From contig JAWKHJ010000018.1 in assembly GCA_041394905.1 (NCBI GenBank), forward strand, positions 3,217 to 67,216: a DNA stretch of 64,000 nt, written 5' to 3'. Shown here piece after piece: positions 11,841 to 21,825 of this stretch (position 1 is the stretch's first letter; each line of letters opens with the position of its first letter). A model generated the notes under the pieces. The model was not told the origin of the DNA and did no database searches. It saw only the letters and a list, made by a program, of their open reading frames with translations. The translations under genes and the position numbers were made by a program. This DNA is from Bryobacterales bacterium (lineage in GTDB: Bacteria; Acidobacteriota; Terriglobia; Bryobacterales; UBA6623).

Positions 11841-13205
11841 TCATCCTAGCGCCGCAAGCGCCGATTCGTCGCCCGCGTCGACGGTTTTGTCTGCATTGGC
11901 GCCATCGCCCGGCCCCACTCCGACGCGCATGCCCTGGTCGCGGAGTTTCTCCGCGACGGCCTGAGCGCGCACAGCCGAGGCGGCGTCACTGGTCTTCAGG
12001 TAGACCTGGAATGGCTTGGGGGCCGACCAGCCGCCGCCGGCTTCGAAGGCCGCCATGAGAGCGTCGAAACGGAAAGCGCAACCGACGGCTGGCAAAGCGT
12101 CCCCGCCGAACAGCGCCGTGAGGTTGTCATACCGGCCGCCGCCACCGAGCTTCTTGCCGCCAGCTTCGGCCGGTTGCAGGATTTCGAAGATGCAGCCCGT
12201 GTAGAACGTGAGCCCGCGGGCGATGCCGAGATGGACCTCGAAGTCCTTCACCCCATAGGCCTCGACGCGCCGGCAGACCTCGACGAGGTTTTCCAGCGCG
12301 CCCTGGGCCTGGGTGCCCTCGAGCAAAGCGCGAGCCTGCTCAAGCACGACGGCTAGCGACCCCTGGAGACGCGACAAGGCGATCAGCGTGTCCGAGGTCG
12401 CTTCGTCCAGGATGCCTTCTTTGGCCCAGTTGTCCCGCAGGGCGGCTTCGGTCTCGGCCGGCATGCGCGCGACGATCTCCTCACGCGTAACCTCGGGCTT
12501 GTCCTTGACTGCGTGCGGACCTTCGTAGCCGGAGCGCTCCTGCATGAGGGCGATCTGGCCGCGGTCGATTTTGAGCTCCTCGAAGGCGACGCGGTCGTCG
12601 GTCTTCTCGAGCGTCGTGCAGAGCTCGCGAATTCCGGCGAGCATGTCGAGGTGGCCGATGACGGCGGCGCGGTCCTCGGGGTCGATCTTCTCGGGCAGCA
12701 CGTCGCGGAAGATACCGAGCGTCCCGATGCGCAGGGTGAAGTCCGCGACGCCGATCAAGCGCAGGAAGCGGCATGCCAGCGCGATCACTTCCGCATCGGC
12801 CTCGGGACCGCTCTCGCCGATCAGTTCGACGCCGGCTTGCGTGAACTCGCGGTAGCGTCCCGAGCCGGGCCGCGTGTAGCGGAAGCAGGAACCGGTGTAA
12901 TACAGCCGTAGCGGCGTCGGGACATCTTCGAATGCCCCGGAAGCGATCAGGCGGCAGACCGGCGCGGTGAGCTCGGGCCTAAGCGCAAACTCCTCGTGAT
13001 CGCAATGAAAGGTGAGCATCGAGCTCTTGATCTCCGAGCCGGAACGGGCGGAGAACAGCTCGACCTTCTCGAACGAGGGCGTCTCAACGGGCTGGAAGCC
13101 GTAGGACTCAGCGGCGTGGGCGAACTTCGAAAGCACGTGCCGGCGGGCGGCCGCCTCTTCGGGGAGGTAGTCCCGCGTGGCGCGCGGCGGAGGAATTTCA
13201 GGCAT
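11841..13205 (-). CDS. histidyl-tRNA-synthetase-like protein; probable HisZ regulatory subunit by position (HisS not excluded)
   Basis: ORF track 454 aa. Motifs: RDYLPEE, LRPELTAP, FRYTRPGSGRYREFTQAGVELIG (class II motif 2-like), RGLTFYTG, GGGRYDNL. Lies 7 nt upstream of a short-form-like hisG. Confidence 0.6.
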   Translation of the reverse strand: MPEIPPPRATRDYLPEEAAARRHVLSKFAHAAESYGFQPVETPSFEKVELFSARSGSEIKSSMLTFHCDHEEFALRPELTAPVCRLIASGAFEDVPTPLRLYYTGSCFRYTRPGSGRYREFTQAGVELIGESGPEADAEVIALACRFLRLIGVADFTLRIGTLGIFRDVLPEKIDPEDRAAVIGHLDMLAGIRELCTTLEKTDDRVAFEELKIDRGQIALMQERSGYEGPHAVKDKPEVTREEIVARMPAETEAALRDNWAKEGILDEATSDTLIALSRLQGSLAVVLEQARALLEGTQAQGALENLVEVCRRVEAYGVKDFEVHLGIARGLTFYTGCIFEILQPAEAGGKKLGGGGRYDNLTALFGGDALPAVGCAFRFDALMAAFEAGGGWSAPKPFQVYLKTSDAASAVRAQAVAEKLRDQGMRVGVGPGDGANADKTVDAGDESALAALG

Positions 13206-13257
13206 GGGAATGGGCCGGGTAGCGCGTCGTGACAGACGCGAGGAACGGGGAACTCCC

Positions 13258-13267
13258 GTTATATCAG
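13258..13267 (-). promoter_or_regulatory. putative extended -10 element (minus-strand CTGATATAAC) upstream of hisZ-like gene
   Basis: About 55 nt upstream of ATG 13205. The same decamer occurs inside the two TBDR palindromes at 41541 and 45100. Confidence 0.3.
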
Positions 13268-13516
13268 CCAGACGGGAGGCGCCGCAATCGACGGGGTGCG
13301 CTCGGCGACCCGGAATGCCGCAGTCCCTTCCTCGTCCGGAGGTCTGGCCCGGTGACTCGCCAATTCCTGCAATTGGAGTCGGCGCCCCAGGGCGTGTCCG
13401 AATCGTTCCTTTCGGGAAGGCCGCGCCGCGGTCTATACTGAAGGCTTACATCCAAATTCGGCGGAGCGGCTGCCGCTCCCTGCCGTCACCCCTTTCCGCT
13501 GCACTAGGATTTCCCC

Positions 13517-15358
13517 ATGTCTACCGTCGAAGCGGCCCCTGTAGGCAAAGCTCTTCTCGACCCAAATCAGCCTGTCGTCAACGACTTCTCGATCCAGGTG
13601 GCTACCGTCAATGGGTCGGGCAGCCAGTCGGCGAACCTGGTGCTGTTGCGGGCGCTGTTCCAGATGGGCATTCCCGTCTCGGGAAAGAATCTGTTTCCGT
13701 CGAACATCGCCGGCCTGCCGACCTGGTACACGATTCGCACGAGCAAGTACGGGCACATCGGGCGCAAGAAAGAGATCGACTTCCTGGTGGCGATGAACCC
13801 GGACACCGCGCGAGAGGACGTGATGAGCCTCGAGCCGGGCGCTGCCGTGGTCTATGACGCGCCGCTCAACTTGAGCGAGCTACGTTCGGACGTACACTTC
13901 TACCCGGCGCCGTTCGACGAGCTGGTGCAGCCGGTGGTCCCGAACCCGAAGCTGCGCAAGCTGGTCAAGAACATCATCTACGACGGAGTGTTGGCCTTCC
14001 TTCTCGACATCGAGATGGAGGAGATCAAGCACGCGCTCGACAAGCAGTTCTCGACCAAGCCAAAGGCCGCCGCGCTGAACTGGAACGCGGTGCAGGTAGG
14101 CTACGACTGGGCCAAAGCGAACCTCACCAAGAAAGATCCGTTCCGCGTCGAGCGGATGCAGGAGAACGACGGCAAGATCATCATTGAAGGTAACGCCGCC
14201 GCGGCCCTGGGCTGCGTGTTTGCGGGTGTGACCGTGGTGACTTGGTACCCGATCACGCCGTCCTCTTCACTCGCGGAAACGCTGGCCGACTATGCTCACC
14301 GCTTCCGCCGCGACCCGGACACGGGCAAGGCGACTTACGCGATCGTGCAGGCCGAGGACGAGTTGGCCTCGATCGGTATGGCGATCGGCGCTGGCTGGGC
14401 CGGCGCGCGGTCGATGACGACAACCGCCGGACCGGGCATCTCGCTCATGAGCGAGTTTGTGGGACTGGGCTACTTCGCCGAGATCCCCGTTGTCCTCTTC
14501 GACGTGCAGCGCATGGGTCCGTCGACCGGACTGCCGACGCGTACCTCTCAGGGCGACCTCCTTTCGGCCGCTACGCTCTCGCACGGCGACACACGCCACC
14601 CGCTGCTGTTGCCCGCAACGCCGCACGAATGCTTCCAGATGGCGGGCGAGGCCTTTGACTTGGCTGAACAGCTCCAGACGCCGGTCTTTGTCATGCTCGA
14701 TCTCGATTTGGGCATGAACTATTGGATGTCGGAGAAGTTTGAATACCCGACCGAGCCGCTCGACCGCGGCAAGGTGCTCTCGGCGGAAGACCTGGAGCGC
14801 TTGGGCGGCTTCAAGCGCTATGCCGATGTGGACGGCGACGGCGTGCCTTACCGTACGCTGCCCGGCACCAAAAGCCCCCACGCCGCCTACTTCACTCGCG
14901 GGACCGGTCACAACGACAGCGCCAAGTACAGCGAGCGCGAGGACGACTGGCGTAACAACATGGACCGGCTCGTGCGAAAGTTCGAGACCGCTCGCTCGCT
15001 CGTGCCCGCGCCCGAGGTCAACATGACCGAAGGCGCCAAGATCGGTTTCATCGCCTGCGGCACCTCCGATAATGCCGTCGAAGAGGCGCAAGGGCAACTC
15101 GAACGTGAGTACAAGGTCAAGACTTCGTATCTGCGCGTGAAGGCTTATCCGTTCAACCAGCAGCTCGTGGACTTCGTGAACGCGCATGAGCGTGTCTACG
15201 TGGTCGATCAGAACCGCGATGGCCAGTTGCTGCAGCTCATCCGGTTGGATCAGCCACAGTTGCCCACCGAGAAGCTGCGCTCGATCCGCTATTACGGCGG
15301 CATGCCGCTCGACGCGCGCACCGTCACCGATCTTCTGGTCCAGCAGGAGGGCCTGTAA
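13517..15358 (+). CDS. korA: 2-oxoacid:ferredoxin (acceptor) oxidoreductase subunit alpha (fused gamma-alpha type)
   Basis: ORF track 613 aa, intact. GSGSQSAN... N-terminal domain, then ITPSS and GPGISLM pyruvate/2-oxoglutarate:ferredoxin oxidoreductase motifs. Confidence 0.85.
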   Translation: MSTVEAAPVGKALLDPNQPVVNDFSIQVATVNGSGSQSANLVLLRALFQMGIPVSGKNLFPSNIAGLPTWYTIRTSKYGHIGRKKEIDFLVAMNPDTAREDVMSLEPGAAVVYDAPLNLSELRSDVHFYPAPFDELVQPVVPNPKLRKLVKNIIYDGVLAFLLDIEMEEIKHALDKQFSTKPKAAALNWNAVQVGYDWAKANLTKKDPFRVERMQENDGKIIIEGNAAAALGCVFAGVTVVTWYPITPSSSLAETLADYAHRFRRDPDTGKATYAIVQAEDELASIGMAIGAGWAGARSMTTTAGPGISLMSEFVGLGYFAEIPVVLFDVQRMGPSTGLPTRTSQGDLLSAATLSHGDTRHPLLLPATPHECFQMAGEAFDLAEQLQTPVFVMLDLDLGMNYWMSEKFEYPTEPLDRGKVLSAEDLERLGGFKRYADVDGDGVPYRTLPGTKSPHAAYFTRGTGHNDSAKYSEREDDWRNNMDRLVRKFETARSLVPAPEVNMTEGAKIGFIACGTSDNAVEEAQGQLEREYKVKTSYLRVKAYPFNQQLVDFVNAHERVYVVDQNRDGQLLQLIRLDQPQLPTEKLRSIRYYGGMPLDARTVTDLLVQQEGL

Positions 15359-15361
15359 ACC

Positions 15362-16402
<1,041 letters not shown>

Positions 16403-16447
16403 GCAGCCGCCCTCCTTTCTCAGGAGCCGTAGCCGTGTTAGGCTCTT

Positions 16448-17299
16448 TTGCGTGTCATGACGGTCAACGAGACCGATCTCCACGTGGAAGAGCGCGGATC
16501 CGGCAAGCCGATTGTCCTCGTCCACGGCTCTGCAAGCGACGTCCGCACCTGGCAAGCTCAATCGGACGGCCTGAGCCAGGGACATCGAGTCATTGCATTC
16601 AGCCGCCGCTACCACTGGCCGAACGGGTCCATTCCGCCGTCGGCGGACTATGCCATGCGCGAACACGTCTCGGACCTCGTGGCGCTGCTAGAGCGTATGG
16701 GGGCGGCGCCCGCCAACGTAGTCGGTCATTCCTACGGCGGTCTAGTCGCCCTAGAAGTCGCGATGAGTGCACCGCGTCTGCTGCGGCGCTTGGTTCTCAT
16801 AGAACCACCGGTTTTGACTCTGTTCACGAGCAACGAGCCGAAACCGGCGGAATTGCTGAAGCTGTTGTTCACGCGTCCACGGACCGCGGCAGCGATCGTG
16901 CGGCTCGGCGCCAAAGGATTCGCGCCGGCCAAAGCCGCCGCCAGACGAGGCGACCTGGACAGAGCGCTCCACGCATTCGGAACGGCGGTACTGGGCGAGA
17001 AGAGCTATCAGGCGCTTTCGAGCGAGAGGCTCGAACAGGCGCGGCGCAACACCTTCCAGGCTGAGTTTCTAGGCTCGGGCTTCCCGCCGCTTTCCGCCCA
17101 AGCCATCCGCAACATTCGGATTCCGGTCTTATTGGTGACAGGTAGCCTGAGCCCTTCGGTGTTCCACCGCTTCGCGGACAGGCTGGAGGAGCTGTTGCCC
17201 GACGTCCAGCGTGTGGAGATTCCAGACGCCTCGCATATCGTGCATGAGGACAACCCCGAAGATCTTAATGCAGCGGTGTTGGCCTTCTGCGGAGGCTAG
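16448..17299 (+). CDS. alpha/beta-fold hydrolase
   Basis: ORF track 283 aa. PIVLVHGSASD and the nucleophile elbow VVGHSYGG, with C-terminal DASHIVHEDNP. Confidence 0.8.
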   Translation: MRVMTVNETDLHVEERGSGKPIVLVHGSASDVRTWQAQSDGLSQGHRVIAFSRRYHWPNGSIPPSADYAMREHVSDLVALLERMGAAPANVVGHSYGGLVALEVAMSAPRLLRRLVLIEPPVLTLFTSNEPKPAELLKLLFTRPRTAAAIVRLGAKGFAPAKAAARRGDLDRALHAFGTAVLGEKSYQALSSERLEQARRNTFQAEFLGSGFPPLSAQAIRNIRIPVLLVTGSLSPSVFHRFADRLEELLPDVQRVEIPDASHIVHEDNPEDLNAAVLAFCGG

Positions 17300-17364
17300 C
17301 GGGCCCCGCCAAATCGGCTCCTTGGCGCCAGGATTGCAAACCTGATCTCTTAGGGAGGTTTGCC

Positions 17365-18306
17365 ATGCGCATCGCAACGCGTCTTCTATGGATTCTGGTG
17401 ATCGCGGGCTCGCTACTCGCGAGCGGCCGGCCTCCTCTCGAGCCTGGACAGCAGTCGGTAACGGTGAACGTGACGCACAGAGGTAAGGCCGTGCCAGACC
17501 TGGCGGCTCCAAACTTCATCGTGCGGCAGGGCCAAATGCCCCTTGACGTGGTCTCCGCGCAACCGGCAGGGCCCGCTTCGGTGGTCTTTCTCGTCGAGAA
17601 CAGCGCGGCGTCATGGAACTACTTGCAGGACGTGAACAGCGCGATGCGAGGATTTCTAGCGCATGCTCGGCCCCAAGACGGCTATGCGTTGGTCAGCTAT
17701 GGACGCGACGTACGGGTTGAAGCGACGCTTACAAGCGACCCAACCGAGGTTGCGCGAGCCTTCGCCGGGCGTACGCAATCGAGTTGGCCTGACGCCACGC
17801 TCTACGACGCGCTCGACCGGCTGCTTGACCAGACCCCGACGCTGCCCAATCGCCCGGTAATCGTGTTGATCGGCTCTGGGCTCGACCGCTTCAGCGAGGC
17901 AGGGTATAAACAACTTCTGGAGCGAATCGAGAGTGAAGACGTGGTGATCCATGCCATCCAGCTCGGAGGGACAGACCCGGCGCTCCGACCGCAGCCGAAG
18001 ATCTCGGCGGATCTTCGCAGCATGATCGCCGCAAGAACGGCCGCGGAGCAGGCGCCGCCGGATCTGAATTGGGGCGCGATGTTCCTGCGCGCCATCACCA
18101 CGGCCAGCGGAGGACGTTTCTTCTGCCCGCCGTGCGAAGCGGCATTCTCGTCGGCGGTCGAGCAGATTCTGCAGTCGCTCGATGCAGACTATCGCGTGGT
18201 CTACCGGCGTGCGCCGGAGCGGGCCGCCGGAAAGCTGAGAGTCGAGGCGTTTCGACTGGATGACGACGTGAGGACGAATTTCGACGTCCGAGTGGGGCGC
18301 AGGTAG
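17365..18306 (+). CDS. secreted VWA-domain protein (VWFA-related acidobacterial type)
   Basis: ORF track 313 aa. Signal peptide, GGGAGG ribosome-binding site upstream, SVVFLVENSA...LYDAL...VIVLIGSGLD layout, C-terminal YRVVYR. Confidence 0.7.
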   Translation: MRIATRLLWILVIAGSLLASGRPPLEPGQQSVTVNVTHRGKAVPDLAAPNFIVRQGQMPLDVVSAQPAGPASVVFLVENSAASWNYLQDVNSAMRGFLAHARPQDGYALVSYGRDVRVEATLTSDPTEVARAFAGRTQSSWPDATLYDALDRLLDQTPTLPNRPVIVLIGSGLDRFSEAGYKQLLERIESEDVVIHAIQLGGTDPALRPQPKISADLRSMIAARTAAEQAPPDLNWGAMFLRAITTASGGRFFCPPCEAAFSSAVEQILQSLDADYRVVYRRAPERAAGKLRVEAFRLDDDVRTNFDVRVGRR

Positions 18307-18310
18307 TAAC

Positions 18311-18523
18311 TCACTGCTCGGCGGCGCGGCGTAGGCACTTAGGGCAGAGGCAGCGCTTGTACTGGGCCTTCAAGGCTTCGCGCGCTTCTGGAGAGACGTT
18401 CTCCCGCATGCACCAGCAGCCGCCTTTTACCAGCGGGCCGCAAATGAAGCTCGAGCCGCACGCTTCACAGCTTTGCTCGGCGCCTTGCAGCGCCCACTCG
18501 ACCGCTTTGCCGAGGATCGCCAT
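18311..18523 (-). CDS. cysteine-rich CWC-family small protein
   Basis: Last 70 codons of ORF 18311..18979 from ATG 18523: MAILGKAVEWALQGAEQSCEACGSSFICGPLVKGGCWCMRENV...CLCPKCL. Confidence 0.65.
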   Translation of the reverse strand: MAILGKAVEWALQGAEQSCEACGSSFICGPLVKGGCWCMRENVSPEAREALKAQYKRCLCPKCLRRAAEQ

Positions 18524-18590
18524 CCCGATCAGGATGACACAACGTGCCGTATTCCCAGGGTAGGAGCGAGGTGCTAGCCTGAAATCAGTC

Positions 18591-19010
18591 TTGCGGCGTG
18601 GCCTAAGCTCCCTTCTAGTGCTGGCGCTTGCGTTCGGGGTCGTTCCGGCGCAGGGGCTAGCGGCGCTCGTGGGAGCGCCAGTGCACGAGTGCGCGCACGG
18701 GCATGGATCGGACTGCAATTGCGGCGAGGCTTGCAAGCGGCCACGCAAAGACAAGCCGAAGACGGAGCCGGAAGGCCCCGCTTGCCACCGTCCGAAGAAC
18801 CAAGATTCGAAGGGCGTCAGCCTGTGCAGGCTTTCCTGCTCTGGGATCCCAAAGGCCGAGGGCCTCGACCTCGCGCCGAAGTCGCTCGAGCCTCCTGTTT
18901 TAAGCAAAATGGACGCCCCTGAAAAAGGCGGCAAGGGCTTGCCCGGCGACGGAGGCGCATCGCCCCAGCGAGTTCCCAACCCTCCCGAACCTCCTCCACG
19001 ACTCTCCTAA
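18591..19010 (+). CDS. hypothetical secreted Cys/His-rich protein
   Basis: ORF track 139 aa (TTG start). Signal peptide MRRGLSSLLVLALAFGVVPAQG, then VHECAHGHGSDCNCGEAC...ACHRP...LCRLSCSG. GC-rich third codon positions are consistent with coding. Lies 117 nt upstream of a TBDR. Confidence 0.5.
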   Translation: MRRGLSSLLVLALAFGVVPAQGLAALVGAPVHECAHGHGSDCNCGEACKRPRKDKPKTEPEGPACHRPKNQDSKGVSLCRLSCSGIPKAEGLDLAPKSLEPPVLSKMDAPEKGGKGLPGDGGASPQRVPNPPEPPPRLS

Positions 19011-19127
19011 AAGCTCCGAAACCCAACGGCGGCCGGAGTGCCGCCTCGTGGCGAGCGCTTGGCGCGCGCGGTTTCGACCGCGCGCGCTGCGTTCGATGTG
19101 TTTTTGCGGAACGAGGAGAGATCACCC

Positions 19128-21455
19128 ATGATTGCGGATCGAATGCCGCAGCTTGCCCGCCTGTGTGCGTGGGCGCTGCTGCTTGCGTCCGGGTTGCACG
19201 CTCAACAAGCAACCCTCGAAGTGGAAGTACAGGATCCGGCCGGCGCGGCCGTCGGAGAGGCGCAGGCTGCACTGTCTGCGTTATCGGGCGCGGAGCTGCG
19301 CTCGAGCCAGACGGCGGCGGACGGCACTGTAAGCTGGGCCGGCTTGCGCCCCGGACTCTACCGGTTGCACGTGACAGCGGACGGATTCCTGCCCCTGGAG
19401 CGAACTGCGCAGGTACGCGCCGGCGGATCGAGCTTGACCGTCCAGCTCGAGCTTGCGACGTTGTCGACCACGGTCGAAGTCCAGGCCGAGGCTGGCTCGC
19501 CAGTCGCCACGGTGACGGAGACGGAAGCCGAGCTTGCGGAGAAGCCTTCCACCGACCTGGTCGACAATCTGAGCTCGATTCCAGGCGTGAACATCATCCG
19601 TCGCGGCGGGACGAATTTCGACCCGGTGCTGTTCGGCCTGCGCGAGACCCAGATCGCGATGGTCGTGGACGGCACGCGCACATTCGCCGCCGGCCCGGCG
19701 CGTATGGATTCCGAGCTCAGCCACGTGGAGCCAGGACACGTGGCAGGCGTCGATGTGGTGAGCGGACCCTACGCACTCACCGAGGGCGCAGGCGCGTTTT
19801 CGGCCATCCTCGTGCGGACGCCGGATATCCCGCGCTTTGATCACTTCCGGGTGGGCGCTGCGACCAGCGCCGGCTACGGGCTCAATGGCGCCAACCGCTT
19901 CGCACGTACGCGCCTCTACGGCGGCGGCCGCAGCTTCGGCTTCAGCCTGCGCGGCGCGGGCAACAAGGGCAACGACTACATCCCGGGCAAATCCGGACCG
20001 GCGATCCCAGGTGACTACAGCAATCATCAGTTCGGCGGCAAACTGCGCTTCAACCCGGTGGACAGCCAGGAGCTCACCCTGGCGGCGATGTACGACGAGC
20101 AGACCGGCGTCGACTACCCAGGCCGCATCCTCAACGCCGCGCACTTCATTTTGCGTTCCTGGAGCGGCGCTTACCTCTTCCGACAACCGACGCAACACAT
20201 ACGGGCGGCGAAACTGGGGCTCTACCTCAACAAGAAGAGCCATCGCATGACGAACAACGGCAAGCCGACCGCGATGGACATGCCCGGCCGCGTCCCTCCG
20301 TTCGCCCTGCGTATCGACCTGCCAACCGAGTCGGACACCGCAGGCGGTTTCGCTTGGATCGACTTCGCGCCGGCTCAAGGCTGGTCGGTCAAGACGGGTT
20401 TCGATTTCTACAACCTCAATCAGGAAGCCCGTCGGTTCATTTCACGCGCTAGCAATGGGCTGGTCTTGTTTAACGACTCGGTATGGCCGAACGTGTCGAT
20501 CAACGACCAAGGCTTTTACGTGCAAACCAGCCGCGCATTCGAGAGCGGCGAGCTTTCTGGAACGTTCCGGCTGGACACGGTGCAGGCCAACGCAGGACCG
20601 GCGTCGCAGTACTTCCTCGATCACACGACGGGCTCGCTGGATCAGTCGGAGGCGAACGCCAGCTTCAGCGTGGCCGGACGTAAGCAGCTGGCGCGCGGGG
20701 TCTCGCTAGGTGCGGGCTTTGGACGTGTCGTGCGCACGGCGACCGGGATGGAGCGGTACTCCGACCGCTTCCCGAGCACGAAGTACCAAGTCGGCGGAGT
20801 TCATGGGCTCTCCCGGCATCCAGCCGGAAGCCAGCTACCAGGGCGATCTGAACCTCGAAGTCACCGCGGGGACCTGACGCTGAGCGGCGGCGCATTCTAC
20901 CGCCGCGTGGATGACTACATCAGCGTGGCGCTCGACCCAACTCTGACCAAGGAGCTGCCCTTAAGCCCGCCGACCGTCGCTACGTGAACGGAGATCACGC
21001 GACGTTTCGCGGCTACCAGTTCGGCGCGCGCTATGCCACTGATGCGAATGGCCGAGGTGCGACTGCAGGGCGCGAAGGTGATTGCCGACGACATCGAGCA
21101 AAACCAACCGCTGATCGGGCGCAACGAGCCCGTGCTCGGCATTCCGCCATTCGAGATGACCAGCGCGCTGCGCATCCACGAGCCCACCGGACGCTTCTGG
21201 GCGGAGTACCAGATGCGCAACGTGTGGAACCAAAGCCGGGTGGCAGCCTCACGGCTCGAGACGCCCTCACCGGGTTTTACGCTGCATGGGATTCGGTTCG
21301 GTGCAGAACTACCCAAGCGGTTCACGAACGCGGGCTTGGAGAACCTGGGCGACAAGCTCTACTTCGAGCACCTCAACGCCTACAATCCGTTCACGAGGCA
21401 GCGCGTCCCAGAGCCGGGGCGGAACGCCTATGTGGCGCTGACGAAGGTCTGGTAG
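19128..21455 (+). pseudogene. TonB-dependent receptor (CarboxypepD_reg N-domain; plug resembles OprC/NosA copper-receptor type); reading frame broken about four times
   Basis: In-frame ATG at 19128 of ORF 19038..20987 (MIADRMPQLARLCAWALLLASGLHAQQ) with a GGAGAGA ribosome-binding site. Plug region: SIPGVNIIRRGGTNFDPVLFGL...GTRTFAAGPARMDSELSHV. Continues in the 20984..21655 frame (VNGDHATFRGYQFGARYA) and the 21033..21455 frame (ends RVPEPGRNAYVALTKVW). Breaks lie near 20793-20799, 20866-20872, 20973-20978 and 21020-21035. Confidence 0.8.
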
Positions 21456-21466
21456 CCAAACCAGTT

Positions 21467-21494
21467 GCACGCGCGCATGAGAGTGCGCGCGTGC
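21467..21494. terminator. GC-rich hairpin between convergent genes (possible bidirectional terminator)
   Basis: GCACGCGCGCA-tgagag-TGCGCGCGTGC: a perfect 11-bp stem between the TBDR stop (21455) and the lipoprotein stop (21517). Confidence 0.5.
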
Positions 21495-21516
21495 TAGCGC
21501 CCTCTTTCCTGCTCGT

Positions 21517-21825
21517 TCAGCGTGACGCCATGGTGGCACCGCCGACCGTCACGCCGCTGAGCACCGTTCCGCGCACGGTAAGCTTCGCGCCGGCGGCAGG
21601 CAGTCCGGCGGTCGTAACCACATTGATCTCGCCTGTTTCGTCCGCTAGTGTGTAGAGCCCGGTGGAGAATAGGCCGAATGCGTCCGTGACTTCGCCGGAG
21701 AGCTCGACCGTTTGCTCTTCGTAGAGCGAAGGGTCCGCCAGGATATCGGCGATCTTCAGCTCGGGCGCGGGCTTGGAGCACGCCACGGCGAGCGCTAGCA
21801 AAATCGCCGCGCTCAGCAGCCTCAC
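21517..21825 (-). CDS. small lipoprotein, possibly OB-fold
   Basis: ORF track 102 aa. Lipobox LALAVAC. The GTG start overlaps the pntB stop (GTGA at 21822-21825). Confidence 0.6.
   Translation of the reverse strand: MRLLSAAILLALAVACSKPAPELKIADILADPSLYEEQTVELSGEVTDAFGLFSTGLYTLADETGEINVVTTAGLPAAGAKLTVRGTVLSGVTVGGATMASR

Noticed and set aside
13258-13267. Third occurrence of the GTTATATCAG core as a third operator of the receptor palindrome.
   Set aside because: The flanks are not palindromic (CTCCC...CCAG). It is treated as a promoter element only.
13206-13516. The 310-bp hisZ/korA intergenic region as a possible riboswitch, sRNA or small ORF (ORF 13229..13441).
   Set aside because: It contains only short hairpins and promoter-like hexamers (TATACT at about 13434-13439). 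I recognise no conserved riboswitch core. The 70-aa ORF is Arg-rich with no supporting signal.
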